Origin: Phycisphaera sp.
GTDB taxonomy: Bacteria > Planctomycetota > Phycisphaerae > Phycisphaerales > Zrk34
DNA: 64,000 bases
Assembly: GCA_016125285.1 (NCBI GenBank)
Contig: WGMA01000016.1
Location: 1-64,000 of the forward strand
Direction of reading: 5' to 3'
In this document: in pieces, positions 18,374 through 26,895 of the stretch
Layout: every line of letters begins with the position of its first letter
Position numbering within the stretch: position 1 is the first letter of the stretch
Program-made: the position numbers and the translations under genes
The notes under the pieces: generated by a model
What the model was told of the DNA's origin: nothing
The model's database searches: none
The model's input: only the letters and a program-made list of their open reading frames with translations

Positions 18374-18625
18374 GTGCGTTGGCTTTGTCGATTCCTGACC
18401 GTCACGATCATGATCCTGCTGTCGAGTGCGCCGCTTCTGGCGCAGGAACCGGGCAAGGGTGAACGCGTCGTGGTCGATAGCGGACTGGGCACCGGCGGCA
18501 AGGCCGCGCTGATCATCTTTATCATTCTCGGCATCGCCGTGGTCGTCATGGGGATTCTGCTGTGGACCAGCGGCCAGAGCCGGCGCACCCGCGCGATGAA
18601 CCGCACGGGTATCCGGCGGTATTGA
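18374..18625 (+). CDS. Small hypothetical membrane protein (signal peptide plus one TM)
   Basis: GTG start preceded by AAAGGGGG. The sequence has LLSSAPLLAQEP, then the TM segment AALIIFIILGIAVVVMGILLW and a basic tail. No homology was recognised. Confidence 0.45.
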   Translation: MRWLCRFLTVTIMILLSSAPLLAQEPGKGERVVVDSGLGTGGKAALIIFIILGIAVVVMGILLWTSGQSRRTRAMNRTGIRRY

Positions 18626-18741
18626 CTTCGCGGTCACGTCTCGCGGCGGCCCTTGCTGTACACCGCCGCCCGATTGTTAGAATATGTTGCACGTCCAAAC
18701 GCGTACGGGTCCCGTCTTTCAGCCCTGAGGCACCGCATCGC

Positions 18742-19092
18742 ATGATCCTCGTCGCCACCTACAGCTCGCGCTATTGCGTCGCGATCAAGAAGTTCGTCGA
18801 GGACCTCGGCTATCACGCCCTGGCCACGACCGACGGCGAGGACGCCTGGGAGATCTACCGCGGCCGAAAGAAGGAACTCGAACTCGCCATCCTCGACGCC
18901 AACCTCCCGCACAAGTCCGGCGTGTCCATCATGCAGGAGATCCGCGCCGGCGATCCCAAGTTTCCGATCATCCTGCTCTTCCGGTCCGAGCAGAAGCACT
19001 TCATCGAGGAAGAGAACGTCCACTGCCTCAACAACCCCGTCGACCGGGAAGTGCTGCGCGAGCTCGTCATCGAAACGACGATGTTCGGCTGA
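18742..19092 (+). CDS. Stand-alone receiver-like (REC) domain protein, atypical
   Basis: ORF 18562-19092 trimmed to ATG 18742. It has an alpha/beta receiver pattern with the acceptor context LAILDANLPHKSG. It lacks the N-terminal acidic pair (ILVATYSS) and the conserved Lys (CLNNP). Confidence 0.6.
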   Translation: MILVATYSSRYCVAIKKFVEDLGYHALATTDGEDAWEIYRGRKKELELAILDANLPHKSGVSIMQEIRAGDPKFPIILLFRSEQKHFIEEENVHCLNNPVDREVLRELVIETTMFG

Positions 19093-19104
19093 TCGCGCCC
19101 CGCC

Positions 19105-20487
<1,383 letters not shown>

Positions 20488-20521
20488 GGCCGCAGTATAA
20501 CTTCGCGATCCTCACGATGTG

Positions 20522-20551
20522 GTGAAATTCACTAGCATTAGTGAAAATCAC
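20522..20551. promoter_or_regulatory. Candidate enhancer (UAS): two copies of an 11-bp near-palindrome
   Basis: GTGAAATTCAC (20522-20532) and GTGAAAATCAC (20541-20551). They lie about 70-100 bp upstream of the -24/-12 element and just upstream of the divergent activator gene. Confidence 0.55.
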
Positions 20552-20620
20552 TATATCCTCCAGGACATTAGAAAATACGTATCTTTATTAAATAAAGAGC
20601 ATTATGCGTAATTTTGGCTC

Positions 20621-20636
20621 TGGCACGTCTGTTGCA
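20621..20636 (+). promoter_or_regulatory. Sigma-54 (RpoN) -24/-12 promoter
   Basis: cTGGCACGtctgTTGCAt: TGGCAC at 20621-20626, a 5-nt spacer, and TTGCA at 20632-20636. This is a near-perfect match to YTGGCACGrNNNTTGCW. It lies about 50 nt upstream of ATG 20686. Confidence 0.8.
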
Positions 20637-20685
20637 TTGTGATAGGCGGGGAGAGCGACGATCACTGGAAGAAAGGATCAGAGGG

Positions 20686-21051
20686 ATGCATAGCTCCCGC
20701 AAGATATCGGTACGCGACTGGCTCACGAGACTGGCCATCCTCGGCATCGTCAGCTTCATGGTGATTGGCGCCGAGCAGGTCACGCTTCAGTGGACCTACC
20801 CCACGACGCTCAGCGAGCTGGCCGTTCAGCAGCTCGAGGCGTCGAACGACGTCGCCGAGGCGATGCGTATCCAGAGCGACCTGCGGCACACGCTGACGAT
20901 GGTCTGCGAGTCGCTGGTCGTGGCGGTCGCGCTGGTCCTGTTCACCGGCCCCGTAGTGGCGCTGTTCCAGCGTCGCACCTCCGACGAAGGCGCAGGCGAT
21001 CGCGATGACGACGCCGACGCCGCCGCGCTCCGGCGCGCGCGGGGCGCCTGA
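20686..21051 (+). CDS. Small hypothetical membrane protein (two TM) with an acidic tail
   Basis: ORF 20614-21051 trimmed to ATG 20686, which follows GGAAGAAAGGA..GAGGG. TM segments are LAILGIVSFMVIGA and LVVAVALVLFTGPVVALF. Confidence 0.55.
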   Translation: MHSSRKISVRDWLTRLAILGIVSFMVIGAEQVTLQWTYPTTLSELAVQQLEASNDVAEAMRIQSDLRHTLTMVCESLVVAVALVLFTGPVVALFQRRTSDEGAGDRDDDADAAALRRARGA

Positions 21052-21171
21052 ATCACCACCCGCCACTGAATCCTCGTTGACCCGTGCGCCAAACGTGCGC
21101 GCCGGGAAGACGCCTCACACCCACACGCGGCTCGGCCGCGCACGCTCACCGTACGTGAAAGGACACCGAAG

Positions 21172-22224
21172 ATGACACGCCAAACACTCAAACTGCTCGT
21201 CACGCTCACGCTCGTCGCCGTCATGACCACCGGCTGCAAGCCGTACGATAAGCCCGAATTCGAGGAGATTGACACCTCGGAGACCGGCTTCCTCATCCCG
21301 CTCGAGGGCGACACGACCAAGCAACAGTCGTTCGAGTCGGAGACCTACCTCGACCAGCGCAAGGTCGCGGCCAAGCGCGTCGAGATCCCGCACCGCTGGG
21401 TGCAGACCGGCCGCGCGTGGTGGGCCGGTCAGTGGATGGACATGGTCCGCCTGGTGAAGGTCGACCGCTCGCCGGTGACGCGCGAGTGGACCGCCGAGGC
21501 GACCAGCGGCACGTCGAAGGCGAACCAGGCGATCTGGATCGAGTCGAAGGACTCGGTCGGCTTCAGCGTCGGGTTCAACTGCACGGCGTACATCCAGGAG
21601 CCCAACACGGCCAAGTTCCTCTACATGTACCGCAGCAAGTCGCTGGCCGACATGATGGACACCGAGGTGCGTGCGCGCATCCAGTCCGTCGCCGCGGAGG
21701 TCGCCGCGGAGTACGACCTCGACGAGCTCCGCTCCAAGAAGCAGGAGATCATCGACAAGGTCCGCACCGATGTCATCCCGTTCTTCGAGCAGCGTGGCAT
21801 CAGCATCACCACGATCGGCATGTTCGGCGGGTTCACCTACCAGAACGTCGCCATCCAGAACGCGATCGACGAGACGTTCGTCGCGCAGCAGCTGAAGGTC
21901 GTGGCCGACGCGAAGCTCAAGGCGCAGCTCAAGGAGAACGAGGTGATCGAGCTCGCCGCGAAGGCCGAGGCGAACAAGGCCGAGACGATCGCCACCGGCG
22001 AGGCCGCCGCGATCACGAAGGTCGCCGAGGCGACGTCCAAGGCGCAGAAGGACCCGCTGTTCATCCAGCTGCGACTGCTCGAGGTCGAGAACGCCCGCAT
22101 CGCCAAGTGGGACGGCAAGTACCCCGTCTACATGATGCAGCTCGGCCAAGGCGACACCCAGACCCAAGCGCCGCAGATGCTCCTGCAGCTTCCTCCTGTC
22201 AGCGCGACCAGCGTGTCCCGCTGA
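21172..22224 (+). CDS. SPFH/Band-7 (prohibitin-homology) domain lipoprotein
   Basis: Lipobox LVAVMTTGC. An SPFH-like core is followed by an Ala/Lys/Glu-rich coiled coil (AKLKAQLKENEVIELAAKAEANKAETIATGEAAAI). The RBS is GAAAGGA. Confidence 0.65.
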   Translation: MTRQTLKLLVTLTLVAVMTTGCKPYDKPEFEEIDTSETGFLIPLEGDTTKQQSFESETYLDQRKVAAKRVEIPHRWVQTGRAWWAGQWMDMVRLVKVDRSPVTREWTAEATSGTSKANQAIWIESKDSVGFSVGFNCTAYIQEPNTAKFLYMYRSKSLADMMDTEVRARIQSVAAEVAAEYDLDELRSKKQEIIDKVRTDVIPFFEQRGISITTIGMFGGFTYQNVAIQNAIDETFVAQQLKVVADAKLKAQLKENEVIELAAKAEANKAETIATGEAAAITKVAEATSKAQKDPLFIQLRLLEVENARIAKWDGKYPVYMMQLGQGDTQTQAPQMLLQLPPVSATSVSR

Positions 22225-22267
22225 CCGCGAGCCCGCCGCTCGCTTGAGAGCCCTTCCGGGGCTTTCG

Positions 22268-22299
22268 GGAGCCGACCGTTAAGTCGGTCGGCTCCTTTT
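22268..22299 (+). terminator. Rho-independent terminator
   Basis: GGAGCCGACCG-ttaagt-CGGTCGGCTCC, a perfect 11-bp stem, followed by TTTT. Confidence 0.85.
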
Positions 22300-22349
22300 G
22301 AGAAGTCGCAACCCTGTGGATCGATCAGTCGATCAGATTGGAGACACCG

Positions 22350-22811
22350 ATGACACGCATGCCTGACGAATCGTTCGTGGACACCCGTGGGATTACGGTC
22401 CCGGTCGCGGTGGGCGGGCGGATGGTCGCGGCGCCGCTGCTGCCGGTGGTCAGCCCGCCGGTGTGGGCGGAGATCGGGTTGATCGCGGTGCGCGAGGGCC
22501 GGTTGGCCGTGGCGCAGCCGCCGCAGTGCGAGCCGCACCTGATCCTGTGGGACCCGGAGCTGGAGCGAGCGGCGTGGTCGATCCCGCTGGCGCGCGTCAC
22601 GGGCGTGGCGCACTTCGGCTGGTGGTGGTGGCGCACGTGTCGCCTGTCACTCGACGACGGCGAACGCGTGCTGATCCACGGCGACCTGGGCGACTTCGAC
22701 GTCCTGCTCGAATTCGAGCTCTGGCAGCGCGGCATGCCCCGCTACGACGCTGACGACCCGCGGTCGCTGTGGCATCCGACGCACTGGATCGACGTGGCGG
22801 AGAGGAACTGA
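22350..22811 (+). CDS. Hypothetical protein (Trp-rich, no recognised family)
   Basis: ATG 22350 lies 6 nt after GGAG. 153 aa. The stop TGA at 22809-22811 overlaps the next start (ATG 22811). Confidence 0.5.
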   Translation: MTRMPDESFVDTRGITVPVAVGGRMVAAPLLPVVSPPVWAEIGLIAVREGRLAVAQPPQCEPHLILWDPELERAAWSIPLARVTGVAHFGWWWWRTCRLSLDDGERVLIHGDLGDFDVLLEFELWQRGMPRYDADDPRSLWHPTHWIDVAERN

Positions 22812-23398
22812 TGAACGCGATCTGGAAAATGGCGACAAAGCGCATCAAAGTCAAAGAGTCGCGAGTGGTGTCTTGGTTGTGTGTCGGATTCTTTGTCGCA
22901 AGCGCCGTGTGCCTTGTAGCGAGCTTTTGGGGTTCGTTGTTTGGTCCCGAGGTCTTGGATTTACTTGGCGCGCTCGGCTTCTTCATCACTGTGATCGCTT
23001 TTTTGACCTCCGGGTCCGAGGCAGTACGTGATTACATCGCGAAGCGGCCACGCGGCCTCGCGCCTGATTGGCTACGACCGTGGCGTTGGTTCTTGATTGT
23101 CAGCGCCATAGTTTTAGCAGCGATCGTCATTGCGTCTGGAATCCCGATGTTTCTGTACGCAGATGGCGTTGCATCGAGTTCGGGTCCAGTGTTTGAGCAC
23201 CGTGCAGTGTACGAGTTGTGCAATCACGGCACGTATACCACCGTGTCGCGCTGGCGGTACCTGGTCGTGGGCACATCGTTCATCGTGGGGTGGCACGGCG
23301 GCATAGCCTTCATGGACCTGATCGGACTCATTTACTTGTTGTTCGGTGTCAAGAGATCCATGAATACGAAAAACAGCACCGAAGGAGGTGCGACGTGA
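22811..23398 (+). CDS. Hypothetical four-TM membrane protein, compositionally atypical
   Basis: ATG 22811 overlaps the preceding stop. There are four hydrophobic helices. The first 100 nt are about 51% G+C by hand count, and A/T-ending codons are frequent (aaa, ttt, tta, gta, tct). Confidence 0.55.
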   Translation: MNAIWKMATKRIKVKESRVVSWLCVGFFVASAVCLVASFWGSLFGPEVLDLLGALGFFITVIAFLTSGSEAVRDYIAKRPRGLAPDWLRPWRWFLIVSAIVLAAIVIASGIPMFLYADGVASSSGPVFEHRAVYELCNHGTYTTVSRWRYLVVGTSFIVGWHGGIAFMDLIGLIYLLFGVKRSMNTKNSTEGGAT

Positions 23399-24078
23399 AA
23401 AGGAAATTCTTTCAGTTTGTTCGCGTCCTGGCGGCGGTGTGCATGCTGCTGGGTGGGATTGGGTATTTCGGTTCGCTGTCGATCAACAACGGGTCGACGG
23501 ACTGGCTCGGCGACAACGTCGAGCTGCCGCTGGGGGACCTGACGGACGTGGAGGTCGACGGCGATGGCCACGTGTACTGCGCGTTGCAGGGTTACCACCG
23601 CGTGCAGGTGTACGACGCGGATGGGCGCTTCGTGCGCGGCTGGCAGGTCGAGTCGCAGACGGGGCGCTTCCGCATGCAGCTCGGCGATACGGGCCACGTC
23701 GAGGTCGCGACGCTGCGCGGCGACATGCTGTTCGTCTACGACACGAACGGCAAGCTGCTCGACGCACGCGACGGCGGTCACACGGCGTACTTCGCGTTCG
23801 GCGAGGGGCACGACCGCGTCGCGCCGCAGCAGGGGCGTGACGGTCACGTGTACCGCGTGGCCGACGCGCAGCTCTATCCGCACGTCGTGCGCTGCGACGC
23901 GACCGACGGCGGCGGCGCGAAGGAATCGACGGTGGTGTCGATGCCGTTCTACTACTGGCCGTTCATGGCGCCGGTGCCCGCGCTGCCGATGTGGATGGGC
24001 GGGATCTTCACGCTGATCCTCACGGACAAGCGTTACGGGGATTCGAGCAGCGTGGCGACGGCGGTGACGGCGGACTGA
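23395..24078 (+). CDS. Hypothetical membrane-anchored protein with a beta-strand repeat (NHL/propeller-like) ectodomain and a C-terminal TM
   Basis: GTG 23395 overlaps the stop at 23396-23398 (GTGA). The N-terminal TM is VLAAVCMLLGGIGYFG. Repeated motifs are DG.VY / DG.FV / NGKLL. The C-terminal TM is WPFMAPVPALPMWMGGIFTLIL. Confidence 0.5.
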   Translation: MKRKFFQFVRVLAAVCMLLGGIGYFGSLSINNGSTDWLGDNVELPLGDLTDVEVDGDGHVYCALQGYHRVQVYDADGRFVRGWQVESQTGRFRMQLGDTGHVEVATLRGDMLFVYDTNGKLLDARDGGHTAYFAFGEGHDRVAPQQGRDGHVYRVADAQLYPHVVRCDATDGGGAKESTVVSMPFYYWPFMAPVPALPMWMGGIFTLILTDKRYGDSSSVATAVTAD

Positions 24079-24160
24079 GCGCGGCGTGCGGCGCGACGCA
24101 TCTGCGCGCCGCGCCCGCTCACGCATGCACCGCTACGCATCGCAACGAAAGGAGACAACG

Positions 24161-24460
24161 ATGTCGAACGATCGAAACACTGGAACGGGTTGGTGGGCGA
24201 GCCTGTCCTGGCCGCACGCGATGATGTTCGCGTGGGTGGCGTTCAATCTGGCGATCGGCCCGCTGGTGATGTTGCCGCTGCTGCGTGACCTGATGTCGGC
24301 GACGCCGCACGACGCGCGGGGGCTGCCGATGGACCTGGCGCTCGGCTGGGCGAGCGTGTTCCTCGGCGTGCTGATCGTGCTGGTGATGGCCGAGCGGGTG
24401 CGCGAGCTGCTGCAGGCGCCGAAGCGACCGCGGCTGCGGCGCAGGCGCCGTCGCAAGTGA
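24161..24460 (+). CDS. Small hypothetical membrane protein with a poly-Arg tail
   Basis: ATG 24161 follows AAAGGAGAC. There are two or three TM helices. The C-terminus is KRPRLRRRRRRK. Confidence 0.5.
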   Translation: MSNDRNTGTGWWASLSWPHAMMFAWVAFNLAIGPLVMLPLLRDLMSATPHDARGLPMDLALGWASVFLGVLIVLVMAERVRELLQAPKRPRLRRRRRRK

Positions 24461-24482
24461 TCGCGCGTCGCGCAGTCGTTCG

Positions 24483-25979
24483 CTACTTGATCGACGCGAG
24501 CTTCGCGTCGAGCTTGGCTCGCATGTCGTCGAGGACCTGCTTGTGCTGCGGGTCCTCGGCGAGGTTGGTGAACTGGTGGGGGTCCTTTTCCATGTCGTAC
24601 AGTTCGACGCCGCTCTTGCCGTCGTTGTATACGATCAACGCCCAGCGGTCGGTGCGCAGCATGTGGTCGGCGTCGTTGCGCAGCGTGTAGACCGACTCGT
24701 GCACGGCGGGCGCGTGGTCCGGGTCATTGACGACGGACGCGAGGCTCTTGCCCTGCACGTGCGGCGGGATCGGCAGGCCGCAAAGCTCCGCGAGCGTGGG
24801 GTAGATGTCGATCTGTTGGCCGAGCGCGTCGGGCGCGCCGACGGGGCGACCGGGCGCGGCGACGATGAGCGGGATGTGCGTCGTCTCCTCGTGCAGGTGC
24901 ATCTTCTGCCACAGCTCGTGCTCGCCGAGCTGGTAGCCGTGGTCCGCGGTGAACACGACGATCGTGTTGTCGCGGAGGCCGAGCCGGTCGAGCGCGCCGA
25001 GGATCTTGCCGACCTGTGCGTCCATGTAAGACACCGCCGCGTAGTACGCTTCGAGCACCTTCTGCTTCTTGAGCGTCGTGTCGAGCCCGCGCTTCTGGCT
25101 GTCGTTGTGTCGCCCGGCTTCGGGGATGTCCGCTTCGTCGTTCTCCACGCTCAGCGCCAGCTTCATCTCCTCCGCGGGGTACGGCTCGAAGAACGACGCG
25201 GGCGCGACCAGCGGCACGTGCGGTCGCACCAGACCCACCGCGAGGAAGAACGGCTTGTCGTCCTTGCCGTGCTTCTCCAGCAGTTCGACCGCCTTCGCCG
25301 CGGTCTTGTGATCGGCCTGCTCCGTGCCATCGCTCGCGCCGCGCACGACGTAGAACGCGCTTCCATAACCCAGCGCGTAATGGATGTCGTGGTTCGGGTC
25401 GGGCTTGAGGCGATCGTGCGACAGGTGCTCGTGCACGCCCTCGGTCCACTGCTCGGGCGCCTGGCTGTTGAATCGTTCGGTCCACGACGCTTCGTGGTCG
25501 GGGCCGTCGACGCCCGCCGTGATGTCGCCCGGGACGCGCATGTGATAGATCTTGCTGACGCGCGCGGTGTAGTAGCCGTGGTCGCGGAACTGCTGCGCCA
25601 TGGTGGGGCGGTCGCCCATCCGCTTGGTGAAGCCGTTGGCCTGAGCGTTGGAGGTCACGCCGATCACCTGCGCGTACATGCCCGACATCAGCGCCGCACG
25701 CGACGGCCCGCACACGGGGTACTGGCAGTACACGCGTGTGAAGCGCGCCCCGCGCGCCGCCAGCGCGTCGAGGTTCGGCGTCTTGCACTGCGTGTTGCCG
25801 TAGCAGCCCAGCGATTGCGAGCCCAGGTCGTCGGAGATGATGAACAGCACGTTGGGCTTGCGGTCCGCGGCGCGCAGCGGCGTCACGCAGGCGAGCAGCG
25901 CGGCGGTGATGAGCACGGCGATCAGGCATGCAAGCGGGGCGGCATCGGAGCGGACGGATAAACGGTCGGGCGTCGTCAT
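24483..25979 (-). CDS. Cys-type sulfatase (formylglycine-dependent)
   Basis: ORF trimmed to ATG 25979. A signal peptide is followed by KPNVLFIISDDLG and the active-site motif CGPSRAALMSG. Confidence 0.9.
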   Translation of the reverse strand: MTTPDRLSVRSDAAPLACLIAVLITAALLACVTPLRAADRKPNVLFIISDDLGSQSLGCYGNTQCKTPNLDALAARGARFTRVYCQYPVCGPSRAALMSGMYAQVIGVTSNAQANGFTKRMGDRPTMAQQFRDHGYYTARVSKIYHMRVPGDITAGVDGPDHEASWTERFNSQAPEQWTEGVHEHLSHDRLKPDPNHDIHYALGYGSAFYVVRGASDGTEQADHKTAAKAVELLEKHGKDDKPFFLAVGLVRPHVPLVAPASFFEPYPAEEMKLALSVENDEADIPEAGRHNDSQKRGLDTTLKKQKVLEAYYAAVSYMDAQVGKILGALDRLGLRDNTIVVFTADHGYQLGEHELWQKMHLHEETTHIPLIVAAPGRPVGAPDALGQQIDIYPTLAELCGLPIPPHVQGKSLASVVNDPDHAPAVHESVYTLRNDADHMLRTDRWALIVYNDGKSGVELYDMEKDPHQFTNLAEDPQHKQVLDDMRAKLDAKLASIK

Positions 25980-26040
25980 GCGGCGATCCTTATGTGTTGG
26001 GTCTTGTAACAACGGCGCGACCGGAGGGCGAGATGGCGTG

Positions 26041-26787
26041 TCACCGCCCGAATCGATAGGTGTCGTCGTATTCGCGAGCGCCGCCGCCGTCGCCGTACTG
26101 CTCGTCGATGCCGGGCGAGATCAGCAGGTACTCCGCGGAACGGAGCGGGATGCTGAGGGTGTTGCGATCGGTCGCCGAGGCGGTGGTCCGCCAGTAGTCG
26201 ACGGGGTTGTCCGCGCCGACGAGCGTGTTGTTGTGCGCGAGGTTGAAGCGGCCACCGTTGTCCCACACGTCGGCCCCGGCGCCGCCGAGCGTGCCGGTCG
26301 CCCCGGCGTTGTCGGCGCGGTAGTAGAGCACGCCGCGTTTCGACTGGCTCGTCGCGACCGTCAGCACCCAGCGTCCCGGCGCGCTCTCGGCCAGCGTCTG
26401 CTTCTCGGTCTGGATGTTGAGGTACGGGCCGTACGACTTGCCGGTGAGCGACGCGTCCTTGGTCCACCCGTAGCCCATCTGGCCGTCGACGCCGTTGGGC
26501 TGCGGCCCGACGAGCGCCTGCGCGAGGATCTCGCCGCCGCTCCATGCGCCGAAGCAGATCGGCGCGGTGGCCTTCGTGTAGTCGCTGGGCGGGTAATCGT
26601 TGAAGTCGTTGTGGTAGGCCTGCAGCGCGATGCCGGTGTTCGTCAGCAGCTGCACCTCCCACGGGTTGGGCCTGATATTGGCGATGGTCGGGATGAGGAT
26701 GCCGAGCAGCGCGATGATGATCGCGATCACCACGAGCATCTCAACGATTGTGAACCCGCGGCGTGTGTGCGGCTGGTCGGTCGGCAT
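26041..26787 (-). CDS. Prepilin-type N-terminal cleavage/methylation domain protein (pseudopilin-like)
   Basis: ORF trimmed to ATG 26787. RRGFTIVEMLVVIAIIIALLGILIP is a class III signal with Phe+1 and Glu+5. Confidence 0.8.
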   Translation of the reverse strand: MPTDQPHTRRGFTIVEMLVVIAIIIALLGILIPTIANIRPNPWEVQLLTNTGIALQAYHNDFNDYPPSDYTKATAPICFGAWSGGEILAQALVGPQPNGVDGQMGYGWTKDASLTGKSYGPYLNIQTEKQTLAESAPGRWVLTVATSQSKRGVLYYRADNAGATGTLGGAGADVWDNGGRFNLAHNNTLVGADNPVDYWRTTASATDRNTLSIPLRSAEYLLISPGIDEQYGDGGGAREYDDTYRFGR

Positions 26788-26895
26788 GGCGTGTCTCCCT
26801 TTGCGGAATCGGCGATGGCCCCGTGCGTGATCTGCGTGCGGGATTATAGGCACGGGATCAGCCGGGCGACGGCGACGGGGCGTTGCCGGGAATCG

